Of a stretch of DNA of 28,444 nucleotides, positions 17,324-27,024 are shown piece by piece (positions within the stretch are counted from its first letter, which is position 1; each line of letters starts with the position of its first letter). A program made the translations under genes and the position numbers. This stretch comes from Burkholderiales bacterium (GTDB lineage Bacteria > Pseudomonadota > Gammaproteobacteria > Burkholderiales > Usitatibacteraceae): assembly GCA_043737175.1 (NCBI GenBank), contig JAYTBF010000043.1, positions 1 to 28,444 of the forward strand. Direction: 5' to 3'. Below the pieces are notes generated by a model. It saw nothing but the letters and a program-made list of their open reading frames with translations. It searched no databases and was not told where the DNA came from.

Positions 17324-20300
17324 TTAAGGCTTTTTCGGAGCGGTTGTTTTAGGTTTGGTATCGGTCGGTTTGGATGGGACGGATGCGGGCGGGGCCATCT
17401 TGGCTGGCACTGTAGCAGCATCTTTCGCCGGCTCAATGACTGCCGCCTTGGCCGGACCCGCCACCGGCTCGACCACTCTTGCGGTCTTTTCAATCACCGG
17501 ATTATCCCATGTGCCCGTGACGTAATATTGCACCGACAGGACCTTCTCAATCGGCGCGCGCAACATCTCCCCCCCCAGCAACACACCCAAACCAACCAAG
17601 GGATTCACCAAAACCGCAGTACCAACTGCTGCCACACCACTGATACGCGGAACGACCGTGACCACCAAATTTTGCCGTTCGGCGGGCAACGACACGTCGC
17701 CACTCATTCTGACGTCGGTAGCCGGCCCGGAAATATCAAATTTTTTGGCGAACATAATGCCGTCGGTGATGGTGAGATCACCGTCAATTTTGTCGAACGC
17801 CAAACCTTCACTAAACAAATCGCGAAAATCAAACGTCAACCGACGCGGAATCGATTGCAAACTGATGAGTCCTAATAATTTGCCGGCACCGGCTTCAATT
17901 TTGGCAAACTGGCCGCGCTCGGCATGCACCTTAAATGCACCCGATAGATTCACCAATTGGAATTGATAGGTATGACCCGGCCAAACCAGGGTGCCTTCAA
18001 GACTGCCACGCCCACCCTTCATATGATCACCATGGCCAAATTGGGTAAACAGTGCGTTCAGATTTGAAGACTCTAATTTGACATTCATGCTGGTGACCGA
18101 TTTCACCGGCCCGGTACGGGGCGGCGCAAACGGATCGCCAAATCGGTGCCAAATGCCATTCATATCCACTTTGAGATGGCCATTGGAAATGGTCATCTGA
18201 TCAATTTTCCAATTGGAAACTTGCGGTGTGGCGATCAACTCGAGTTTGCCCAGCCATCGCCCTCTAAAAGTAAAATCATCTGCCACAATATCAAGCGCCG
18301 GCAGGTCACCTTCGTTTTGCGCCAATTCGGTCATCGGTGTGGGCACGGGCGGGGGGGCAGATGCAGGCAAACCCGGCTTGGCATTGGTAGGCGCAACCTC
18401 ACCGGCGTGCTCGTCAATCACCACCAATTTTTTTAGACGCGCCCTGACCGCACCACGTTGGTTAAATGCGGATGCCCGCCAGGTAAAGTCGCCCTCGACT
18501 TCCTTGCTGGACACGGTCATTGCCCACGAATCTGCCGCCCGTCGCCCCTTGATTTTTACGTCTTCAAAATTACGGCCATAAGCAAACAATTGCCCGCTGC
18601 GGAAATCAATTCCGGCCAGCGGGCTATCTGGCTTTGGTGCAAGACTGTCGGCCGCCGGGTCGGACGACTTGGGATAAAAGTTATCGGTTGCCTTGAGCCA
18701 TTGGTCAAAATTGAGCTTTGCCAATGTTCCTGTTAACCAAATGCCTTCCGGGATGGCCGCGTCGCCCGACGACTCACCCACCGTGGCAATGCCACCATAA
18801 AACTTCATGTCACCCGCTGCATCCGGCCGCCGTTGAAAACGCGCGTCAATGCGGGTTGCGGTGCTGCTGGCGGCGCTGCTGGCGGCGCTGCCTGCCGCAC
18901 TATTTCCCACCATGGCAGCATTTCCCAATATGGCAATATTTCCCAACATGGAAATACGAATTTTTTCTTCCGCTTTGCCAACCGCAGTGAACGACACTTT
19001 CACACGCCGCGCTTCATCAGCACGTTTGTTGAGCGGTGCCGGCAATGCCACCGTCACCCCGACCATGGAGGCGTCAACGGTAATATCGACCGCGCCGTTT
19101 TTTGGCGCAATTCGTCCGGAAAAATCGGTGGAACCGGAAACTTGTTGCGGCATCACAAACGGCAACACATCACCCAGCTTTTGCACATCTGCCCGACCGG
19201 AAAAATCAGTGACGACACCTGTTTCGCCGTCACCGGCAATATTGATGTTCATCGGCTGCCCATATGCAATACCGTTAATTGCCGTGCTTTTTACACTGGT
19301 CTCCGTAAAGGCAATGCTGCCGGACAAATTGGAAATCAGCGGACCGACGATCGGTTTGGCACTGCTTTTCATCAATTTGTAATCACCCCTGATGCGAAAT
19401 TTTGGTGTTTTGGGATTGCCAGCCATACTCGCATCCACGCCCAGTGGAATCGACAGATTCAGCGCCAGTTTGCCGGGCCCCTCCATTTTCACCACCTTGG
19501 TAAAAGCACCGATGCCGTCAATCATCGGACTCTCGCGTAAATAGCGGGACACATCCTCGGCGCGGGCATCGGCCTCGCCGACAATCGTCAACACCGACGG
19601 ATGTTCATTAAAATCGGCCACCGCCAATGTCGTGTTCTGAATGCGCGCTCCAAAAATCATCGCCGATTCGATAGCGGCTTTCATCGCGGTGTTTTCAAAC
19701 GCAAGGGTGCCATTTATTTTATTTGCCTGCGGCCAACCTTCGGTATAACGGAAATCAACATCTTTTAACTTGGCATTAACGCTGAACCTTCCACCCTTGC
19801 CGTGATGAAAAGGAAAATCGTAAATATTGCCATTAATGGCGAAATCAGCGCCATCCACCACACCCCCGCGTGTCGCCCACTCGACATACTTACGGGTTTG
19901 GTCCATACCAATCGGTAGATATTTCGCCACCGCCACGGCATTGGCATGACGCAATTTGCCGGTCACCTCCAAGCGTCCCGGTTGTACCTCAATCGCCAAC
20001 TGCGTGCCGGCCGCGGCACGCGGTCGCGAATAATTGCCGGCGAGCTCAAGCGACAAATCCGCATTGGTCGCGGTCAGCGTGCTCAAGTCGATCAAAATTT
20101 GCTGCTCAGTGACCGCCCATTTGCCTTTGCTGTCAACACTGTCAAATCGCAGCGGCGCACGATAATGCGTGGGCAGGTCAACAACCAGCCCTTTTGAGCT
20201 GACAGTAAACACACCGCGTTTATGGTCACCGTCGATGGTTCCGCTCAAACCGGCAATGCCGGGACTTTTTTCGCTTGCCGATACGCCAAAATCGGCCAGT

Positions 20301-21694
20301 GTCCCTTTGATTTGGTACGAAGTCGGTTTGTCGAGGGATCCCTGCCAGGCATAACGCGACGCCTTGACTTCGCCGCGCATGCCGAACTTGGTCACCAACT
20401 GTCGTATATCTTTACCAATCGGGAAATAACCGATTAACGCCGTCATCACCTTCAAGTCGATACCATTGGCGGTAATCTCACCGCCGGCACCACCCACACT
20501 CTTGTCCGCGACCACACTGCTCAAAATCGATTTTTTACGCGTGGTTTTTGTAAATTGTGAAAACGAAAAATCAGCCGGCGGTGACGTCACCCCCTCGGCG
20601 GTGCGAAACTCCAACTTCTTGCTGCCGACCGTAAACCCATTCTCGTGCCGAAAAAACTCCAAACGTCCAGCCAGTTTGGCAATATTGAGCGGCGCGACAT
20701 CCTCAGCCAATTGCGCCTTTGCGTGAATGATGTGAACGTCGGCGGTTACGGACTGAATCGGATTCACAAACGCTTTGGCGGCCACCGTGGCATTGTTCTG
20801 GTTGTTCTCGGCGTCGAGCGTCGAGTTGTCAATGTCAATCCAAACACGCACTGATCCAACCCCCGCTTGCAAGGTGTCCGGCACGTTTAAATAACGACGC
20901 AACTCCGTCAAATTGGCATCGGCCACATTGCCAAATAATGTTCCGGTCGCACGCAAGTGACCATCCGCATGGTCGGATGTGGCCAATTTGACACGGCCAC
21001 TGACGCTGATTTTTTTTGCCAGGCGAACCGGCGGCGTGGCGGCAAATCCAATGGTATGACTACCAAAAGTTTTATCGATTTGAATGCCCACATCCGTCAA
21101 TTTTAATTCGACGTCTGGCCGGGACTCGTCAACCCAGGTCAGAGTCGCGCGATGAATTTGAATGCCCGGCTGGGCAATCAACCAATCTAGAAAGCGACCG
21201 TCGTCCGGCTCATCGGTTTTTTTATTGATGGCGTGACCGGCAAAATAGATAAAGCCATCAAGACGACGTGTTAACGACAGTTGTGGTTCAAACACCGCTA
21301 ACTCGACCAGCCGAATTTGCCCAATAAACAGATGCGGAATTGAAACCGCGCCGCGCACCAGTGGTAAAACCAAGGCGGTTGCGCCTGGCGTTCGTGTCAC
21401 CGACTTGACATTGGGCGGCTCACGAAAGGTCACCTCTTCCATTTCCACAAAGGGCGTAAAGCCGGACCAACCACCACGCATTGTTTTGGCATTCACATCC
21501 ATGCCCGAAGCTGCTGATACACGGCTGAGAATATCGGCTCGATATTCCGCCACTTTTGGCATCACGCCGTACTTAACCGTGGCCAGGCCCGCCGCCAACA
21601 AGAGTCCAAATGCCACGGCGAACCAATACGCGGTTCGCACACAAAAATTGCTGAATATTTTTAGGACTGAAAAAATGTTGCCCTCTATGATCAA
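17324..21694 (-). CDS. yhdP: YhdP / AsmA-like phospholipid transport protein
   Basis: 1456 aa, N-terminal TM anchor, C-terminal KLLGLISLQSIPRRLTFDFRDLFSEGLAFDKI and YYVTGTWDNPVI; yhdP-nitrilase-tldD order. Confidence 0.9.
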   Translation of the reverse strand: MIIEGNIFSVLKIFSNFCVRTAYWFAVAFGLLLAAGLATVKYGVMPKVAEYRADILSRVSAASGMDVNAKTMRGGWSGFTPFVEMEEVTFREPPNVKSVTRTPGATALVLPLVRGAVSIPHLFIGQIRLVELAVFEPQLSLTRRLDGFIYFAGHAINKKTDEPDDGRFLDWLIAQPGIQIHRATLTWVDESRPDVELKLTDVGIQIDKTFGSHTIGFAATPPVRLAKKISVSGRVKLATSDHADGHLRATGTLFGNVADANLTELRRYLNVPDTLQAGVGSVRVWIDIDNSTLDAENNQNNATVAAKAFVNPIQSVTADVHIIHAKAQLAEDVAPLNIAKLAGRLEFFRHENGFTVGSKKLEFRTAEGVTSPPADFSFSQFTKTTRKKSILSSVVADKSVGGAGGEITANGIDLKVMTALIGYFPIGKDIRQLVTKFGMRGEVKASRYAWQGSLDKPTSYQIKGTLADFGVSASEKSPGIAGLSGTIDGDHKRGVFTVSSKGLVVDLPTHYRAPLRFDSVDSKGKWAVTEQQILIDLSTLTATNADLSLELAGNYSRPRAAAGTQLAIEVQPGRLEVTGKLRHANAVAVAKYLPIGMDQTRKYVEWATRGGVVDGADFAINGNIYDFPFHHGKGGRFSVNAKLKDVDFRYTEGWPQANKINGTLAFENTAMKAAIESAMIFGARIQNTTLAVADFNEHPSVLTIVGEADARAEDVSRYLRESPMIDGIGAFTKVVKMEGPGKLALNLSIPLGVDASMAGNPKTPKFRIRGDYKLMKSSAKPIVGPLISNLSGSIAFTETSVKSTAINGIAYGQPMNINIAGDGETGVVTDFSGRADVQKLGDVLPFVMPQQVSGSTDFSGRIAPKNGAVDITVDASMVGVTVALPAPLNKRADEARRVKVSFTAVGKAEEKIRISMLGNIAILGNAAMVGNSAAGSAASSAASSTATRIDARFQRRPDAAGDMKFYGGIATVGESSGDAAIPEGIWLTGTLAKLNFDQWLKATDNFYPKSSDPAADSLAPKPDSPLAGIDFRSGQLFAYGRNFEDVKIKGRRAADSWAMTVSSKEVEGDFTWRASAFNQRGAVRARLKKLVVIDEHAGEVAPTNAKPGLPASAPPPVPTPMTELAQNEGDLPALDIVADDFTFRGRWLGKLELIATPQVSNWKIDQMTISNGHLKVDMNGIWHRFGDPFAPPRTGPVKSVTSMNVKLESSNLNALFTQFGHGDHMKGGRGSLEGTLVWPGHTYQFQLVNLSGAFKVHAERGQFAKIEAGAGKLLGLISLQSIPRRLTFDFRDLFSEGLAFDKIDGDLTITDGIMFAKKFDISGPATDVRMSGDVSLPAERQNLVVTVVPRISGVAAVGTAVLVNPLVGLGVLLGGEMLRAPIEKVLSVQYYVTGTWDNPVIEKTARVVEPVAGPAKAAVIEPAKDAATVPAKMAPPASVPSKPTDTKPKTTAPKKP
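18863..18956. repeat. In-frame tandem repeats inside yhdP (3x12 nt and 3x18 nt, imperfect)
   Basis: gctgctggcggc x2 plus one variant, then tttcccaccatggcagca / tttcccaatatggcaata / tttcccaacatggaaata. Confidence 0.8.
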
Positions 21695-21813
21695 AATTAC
21701 ATGTTATTTTAACGGGCATTCAGCCCTCATAGACGACACTGTCACCTGAAGTCGCTGAAATCATCATTGTTGCCGTCCACCACCGCTGCCGCCCCCCATT
21801 CCGCCATCCAATC

Positions 21814-24567
21814 GTGAAACCCACCCCCGAATCCAACCACCCGCTCCTCGACAGGCACAGCAGCGTGACAGACAGCCAATTGGCGCGTTTGTTTCGTGGC
21901 TCGCGATACGCCGAGCGCATTTTGCAAAAACACCCCGAATGGCGCGCTTGGCTGGACCAACCCAGCCGGCAATCCGCCGTGCAAACCGTGTCGGCGCTGC
22001 CGATTCCGCTGGTGGATAGTGTTGACGCGCTCAACCACAGCTTACGCATTAGCCGCCAACAGGTCATGCTCGCCATCCTGTTTCGTGACCTGAATCAACT
22101 TGCCGACCTCAACGAGGTGGTCACGGCGATTTCAAAATTTGCCGACTATGCCACCCGCGCGGCGGTGTTGTTTCATCATCCCGCCCTATGTAAGCAGTTT
22201 GGACTGAGCGAGGCCATGGCGCAGTCACACCTGAGCGACCTGGTGGTGATTGGCATGGGCAAACTCGGTGGTGATGAATTAAATGTATCGAGCGACATTG
22301 ATTTGATATTCGTGCACGCTGAAGACGGCGAAGCCAATGCCCAAAAAAGTTGGCATGAATTCCACAGCCAACTGGGCCAGCGGGTGATGCGTTCCATCGA
22401 TCACGCCGATGCCAATGGATTTGTGTTTCGTGTCGATATGCGCCTGCGGCCGTTTGGGGCCAGTGCCCCGCTGGTCACCTCTCTCGCCGGACTCGATGAT
22501 TATTTCCGCAAACACGCCCGGCCGTGGGAGCGTTACGCCTGGCTGAAGGGCCGCGCCCTGACCGGCCAAGCGGCCAATATCACGGCGTTGGATGCACTGG
22601 TCAAACCGTTTGTGTTTCGCCGTTATCACGACTACGCGGCGATCGATGAAATGCGCTCCTTACACGGACAGATTCGCGCCGAAGCCACCAAACGCGGCAA
22701 ACACGATGACATCAAAGTCGGCTCGGGCGGCATCCGTGAAATCGAATTTGTCGCGCAAATGCACCAACTCATTCGTGGTGGGCGCGACGTCAAATTACAA
22801 ACCCGGTCGACACGCGCTGCACTCGATGAAATTGCCCAACAGCAAATTATGCCGGTCCAGCAAGTTGATCAGTTGAAAGACGCTTACCAGTTTTTACGCA
22901 ATCTTGAACATCGTTTGCAATACTTGGACGACGCGCAAACACAAATGTTGCCGACCAACCCGGACGACCAGCAACGTATTGCCGAAGCCATGTTGTTCGC
23001 CGATTGGCCGACGTTTTTGGTTGCGCTTGATGCGCATCGGGCGATGGTGACCAATGAATTTGAGTCAATATTTGGTGACACGCGCGCCAATGGAATTAAA
23101 CAACAAACACCAGAAAACACGACCTCTTCCGGACAAAATAGCCCGGAAAGTGGCGTCGATATTGCACTTTTCAATATCGACGTGCAGCCGGAAATCTCCC
23201 GTCGATTAAACCTCTGGACGAGCAGCAATCGCATGGCGAATCTGTCGCCAAAGTTGCGTGATCGATTGACCACGCTGCTCCCGATTGCCATGCGCGCGTG
23301 TGCGGCGGTCGATACGTCGACCATCACCCTGTTTCGCGTTTGGGATTTACTCGAAGCCGTCGACAAACGTGAAACCTACCTGGCGCTGCTGATTGAGTTT
23401 CCCAACGCCCTCAACCGCGTGGTGCGTATTGCCAGCAAAAGTGCCTGGGCGGCTGATTTTTTACGATTACATCCGGTGTTGTTGCACGAATTGGTGCAAC
23501 CTCCCGCCGCCCAATCGGGGCTTGATTGGCCGGCTGAACGCGCCGCATTACAAGCCGCCTGCGACGCCGCCGAAGGTGATGTTGAACAGCAATACGAATT
23601 GTTGCGCCACGCCAAACAAGTCGCCACCCTCAAACTCAACATCAACGACATCGAAGGTCGTTTGAGTGTTATGTCATTGTCGGATGAATTAACCGCACTC
23701 GCCGACATGTTGCTCGACATCACCTTGGTGCTGGCATGGCGGGCGCTGTCGCCTTCGTTAGGGCTGGAAAAACCCACTGGCTGGTCATCACCACCGGGGT
23801 TTGCCATCATCGGATACGGCAAACTTGGCAGCAAAGAGTTGGGTTATGCATCGGATCTCGACCTGGTGTTCATCTATGACGACGCCGTCAAACGCGGTGG
23901 TGAACACTTTTCCAAACTCGCACAGCGCTTGAGCAGTTGGCTCAATACCATGACTGCGGGCGGCTTGTTGTACGAAACCGATTTGCGCCTGCGACCGGAT
24001 GGTGCCGCTGGTTTGTTGGCCTCGAGTATGAGTGCCTTTCGTGACTACCAAACCAAACGCGCCTGGACTTGGGAACACCAAGCCCTTACCCGTGCCCGCT
24101 GGTGCGCCGGTGATCGTGCCCTGGCTGCACCGTTTGATGCCATTCGTGAACAGGTTCTCACCCATTCGGACATCAGCGCCCTCAAAACCAAAATCATCGA
24201 TATGCGCGAAAAAATGCGCGCCGAGAAAAAAGACCGGGCCGACGCCGTCAATCTCAAACACACCCGCGGTGGCATTGTTGATGTCGAATTCATCGTGCAA
24301 TTTTTGATCCTCGCCTATTCACGGGAACATCCGGAATTTCTGCAAAATCTAGGCAACTTTGCGCTGCTCAGCCGCGCCGCGGCGCTCGGCATAATTGATG
24401 AAGAACTCGCCGCCATTGTCGGCAAGGACTACCTCGCCTATCGCAAACGGCAACATCGTGCACGCACCAACAACGAAGCCGACACCTGGCTGGCCCCCAC
24501 CGAAATGGTGGACGAACGCAACGCGGTCATTGCCGTGTGGGAAAGTTTGTTTGGCAAACCCGCGTAG
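21814..24567 (+). CDS. glnE: Bifunctional glutamine synthetase adenylyltransferase/adenylyl-removing enzyme
   Basis: Two nucleotidyltransferase domains: GMGKLGGDELNVSSDIDLIF...VDMRLRPFG...WERYA and GYGKLGSKELGYASDLDLVF...TDLRLRPDG...WEHQAL. Confidence 0.96.
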   Translation: MKPTPESNHPLLDRHSSVTDSQLARLFRGSRYAERILQKHPEWRAWLDQPSRQSAVQTVSALPIPLVDSVDALNHSLRISRQQVMLAILFRDLNQLADLNEVVTAISKFADYATRAAVLFHHPALCKQFGLSEAMAQSHLSDLVVIGMGKLGGDELNVSSDIDLIFVHAEDGEANAQKSWHEFHSQLGQRVMRSIDHADANGFVFRVDMRLRPFGASAPLVTSLAGLDDYFRKHARPWERYAWLKGRALTGQAANITALDALVKPFVFRRYHDYAAIDEMRSLHGQIRAEATKRGKHDDIKVGSGGIREIEFVAQMHQLIRGGRDVKLQTRSTRAALDEIAQQQIMPVQQVDQLKDAYQFLRNLEHRLQYLDDAQTQMLPTNPDDQQRIAEAMLFADWPTFLVALDAHRAMVTNEFESIFGDTRANGIKQQTPENTTSSGQNSPESGVDIALFNIDVQPEISRRLNLWTSSNRMANLSPKLRDRLTTLLPIAMRACAAVDTSTITLFRVWDLLEAVDKRETYLALLIEFPNALNRVVRIASKSAWAADFLRLHPVLLHELVQPPAAQSGLDWPAERAALQAACDAAEGDVEQQYELLRHAKQVATLKLNINDIEGRLSVMSLSDELTALADMLLDITLVLAWRALSPSLGLEKPTGWSSPPGFAIIGYGKLGSKELGYASDLDLVFIYDDAVKRGGEHFSKLAQRLSSWLNTMTAGGLLYETDLRLRPDGAAGLLASSMSAFRDYQTKRAWTWEHQALTRARWCAGDRALAAPFDAIREQVLTHSDISALKTKIIDMREKMRAEKKDRADAVNLKHTRGGIVDVEFIVQFLILAYSREHPEFLQNLGNFALLSRAAALGIIDEELAAIVGKDYLAYRKRQHRARTNNEADTWLAPTEMVDERNAVIAVWESLFGKPA

Positions 24568-24571
24568 GGTT

Positions 24572-24655
24572 TGTTGGGTGTTGGGTGTTGGGTGTTGGGT
24601 GTTGGATGTTGGATGTTGGATGTTGGGCGTTCGGCGTTCGGCGTTCGGCGTTCGG
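24572..24655 (+). repeat. Heptamer tandem array (12 units)
   Basis: (TGTTGGG)4 (TGTTGGA)3 TGTTGGG (CGTTCGG)4, read directly. Confidence 0.97.
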
Positions 24656-24679
24656 TATCGTCCGTTGTGCGAAGGGATG

Positions 24680-24794
24680 GGATTCCTCGTCGCGCAAAAA
24701 ATGAATGCGCGCTCTGTCGGAATGACAACTTTTTTTCGGAACGACCACACTTAATAAAACTCTGTCATTCCGAACGGCTTTTTGTGAGGAATCC
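24680..24794. repeat. REP-like inverted pair, GTCATTCCG/GAGGAATC type
   Basis: GGATTCCTC(24680-88)...TCGGAATGACA(24717-27) mirrored by TGTCATTCCGA(24763-73)...GAGGAATCC(24786-94). Confidence 0.8.
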
Positions 24795-24815
24795 GGTGAT
24801 ATTAGGTAGACAGCC

Positions 24816-24974
24816 GTAGGGTGGGAAAAGCGGCCTTTAGCCCCGGCAGGAAGTAAGCCGGGGGTGCCCACAAACATTGATCATTATCCGCGTGGGCAGA
24901 TCAACCCTGCCCACCCTACAAATCTGCGGAAATACCATTATCCGCGTGGGCAGACAGCCTAGCCCACAAATCTG
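24816..24974. repeat. GTAG-type REP doublet plus duplicated unit
   Basis: GTAGGGTGGG(24816-25) inverted to CCCACCCTAC(24910-19); GTGGGCA...TGCCCAC palindromes; 19-nt direct repeat CATTATCCGCGTGGGCAGA at 24882 and 24936. Confidence 0.78.
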
Positions 24975-25070
24975 AAAGATTAAGTTTTATTCAATTTGTC
25001 CAATACGCACAGCCTGCCCGTAAAATGGCACGTCCCCGCAATTTTGCACCACGCCTTTTTTGGAGATCGC

Positions 25071-26723
25071 ATGTTTGCCGTCCATTTTGTTCGTTTTGCC
25101 CGCCGCAAATTTGCGACGTTGATGCTGGTCTCGTTGCTGTCTGTATTTGCAGAAGCAAACGCCACGACCGTGCGTTTACAGACCACACAAGGTGTCATTG
25201 AAATCGCCCTATATGATCAGGCCACGCCGATAACGGTTGCCAATTTCATGGCCTATGTGCGCAGCGGTGCGTATAACGATTCAATGTTTCACCGCAGTGT
25301 GCCAGGGTTTGTCATTCAGGGTGGCGGGTACACTTGGAATAGCACCACTAACCTGCCGGTGGAAGTCCCATCACGCGGACCCATTAAAAATGAATTCAAT
25401 GTCGCACGGTCAAATTTGCGCGGCACCATTGCCATGGCCAAACTCGGCGGCGATCCGGACAGTGCCACATCACAGTGGTTTATCAACCTCGTTGACAACT
25501 CGTCGACCTTAAATATTCAAAACGGCGGTTTTACAGTTTTTGGACAAGTCGCCCCCGCCAGCATGGCGGTGGTCGATGCGATCGCCGCCTTACAAATCGT
25601 CAACGAAGGCAGCCCGTTTGACGCCCTGCCCATCACCAGCCCACGCTCAGGTAACAATTACGTCAAAGCCAATCTGTCATTGGTGAATTCGATTGCCATC
25701 ACCGCCGGCGCCGCACCCGCAGGCGTGATTGATATTGATGGCAGTGGCCGCCACAACGTTGTGCTGCGATCGACTAGCGGCACGCCACAAATGCGCGTCG
25801 GCCGTTTGGTCGGCAATCAATTCCAATTCACCACGCAGGACGATCCGGGTGCCAACTTCCGATTGGCCGCCGTGGCCGATCTGGATGGCAATGGCAAATC
25901 GGATTTGGTGTTTCTCAACACCACGCAGGGTGAATTCGGCGACGTGCGCATCTGGACGGATTTTCAGCGCAGCACCGAACGCTTGTGGCGGCAAGTAAAA
26001 CAGGTATGGGATGTGCAAGTCGTCGGCGATCTGGATGGGGATGGTTCGGCCGATCTGGTGTGGCGTTATCTGGCAGCCGACCCGCGTGACACCGGTGTAT
26101 CGTATGTTTGGTTTTATAACGGGGCAAATGTACCCGTGGTACGCAAACGTGGCGGCGCACCACTCGACTGGACCTTGCTCGGTGCGGCCGATCTAAACGC
26201 CGATGGTTCGGCCGACATGGTGTACGTCAGCCCGGCCAATGACATCCGCGTATTGATGGCGACACCCAATCGGACTTGCGCCAATTTAAGTGCCGGCACC
26301 GTTCCAGCTGGTTATCGTGTGGTCAGAATGGCCGACTTTAGTGGCAACGGCCGCAGCGGCATATTCATTCGCAATAACACCACCGGGCAAAACGCGTATT
26401 TAAGTTTGAACGCGACCGGACTGGTGCTGCCATCTTTCACCGGCAACCCCGATGACCCGAACGCATCGTGCACCTCATCCTCACTCACACTAACGGTTAC
26501 CCCGTTGGGACTCGAACAAACCGATCCAACCTGGAAGTTTTATGCAGCGGGTGACTTTAACGCCGACGGCCGCAGCGACATTGTCTGGCTCAAACCGGAC
26601 GGCACCTTGACTTTATGGTTGTTTAATACCGGCTTTCTCGCCCCAACCGTTATTAACAATGCGGGCAGCGCCCCTGCTGGATTCACGGTGTATCAAGCTG
26701 GTGGTGGTGGTGCGAGTTATTGA
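25071..26723 (+). CDS. Secreted cyclophilin-type peptidyl-prolyl isomerase fused to FG-GAP/VCBS-like repeats
   Basis: ATG 25071 follows GGAGA; signal peptide ending AEANA; FHRSVPGFVIQGGG, GTIAMAK, SATSQWFIN; then six DxDGxGxxD-type repeats. Confidence 0.88.
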   Translation: MFAVHFVRFARRKFATLMLVSLLSVFAEANATTVRLQTTQGVIEIALYDQATPITVANFMAYVRSGAYNDSMFHRSVPGFVIQGGGYTWNSTTNLPVEVPSRGPIKNEFNVARSNLRGTIAMAKLGGDPDSATSQWFINLVDNSSTLNIQNGGFTVFGQVAPASMAVVDAIAALQIVNEGSPFDALPITSPRSGNNYVKANLSLVNSIAITAGAAPAGVIDIDGSGRHNVVLRSTSGTPQMRVGRLVGNQFQFTTQDDPGANFRLAAVADLDGNGKSDLVFLNTTQGEFGDVRIWTDFQRSTERLWRQVKQVWDVQVVGDLDGDGSADLVWRYLAADPRDTGVSYVWFYNGANVPVVRKRGGAPLDWTLLGAADLNADGSADMVYVSPANDIRVLMATPNRTCANLSAGTVPAGYRVVRMADFSGNGRSGIFIRNNTTGQNAYLSLNATGLVLPSFTGNPDDPNASCTSSSLTLTVTPLGLEQTDPTWKFYAAGDFNADGRSDIVWLKPDGTLTLWLFNTGFLAPTVINNAGSAPAGFTVYQAGGGGASY

Positions 26724-27024
26724 TATTTGCGGATCAATGGTTTCAGAATCTCCGCAGTGACATCTGCGGGGAAATGAATGGGTTGTCACCATTGTTAACA
26801 CCTGCATGCGCTAAAACTTGCCCGCAACCATTGTTTTATTGTGGGCAAGTTTGCATACTGGCCCGTCGTTTTAGAAACACGCATCCTGAGTGGTGAACTC
26901 TGGCAATGCTCAGGTGATTTATACCCCTCACAGCAGCGACCAACATATTCATAGAATGGCCTTGCGTTTAGCCCGCGCATTTGCTCGCTTTTCGTTACCA
27001 ATTGGCTAAAACATTAAGGCAGCA

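Noticed and set aside
24349-24877. ORFs with TPNAERR/QHPT or VLGVGCW periodic peptides
   Set aside because: They are translations of the heptamer array and overlap glnE; no independent coding evidence.
24882-24974. 19-nt direct repeat as a mini-CRISPR
   Set aside because: Only two copies, the intervening DNA is itself palindromic REP sequence, and no cas genes are in the window.
26795-27001. 68-aa minus-strand ORF in the cyclophilin-recN spacer
   Set aside because: No RBS, no domain features, and it overlaps the hairpin-rich segment.
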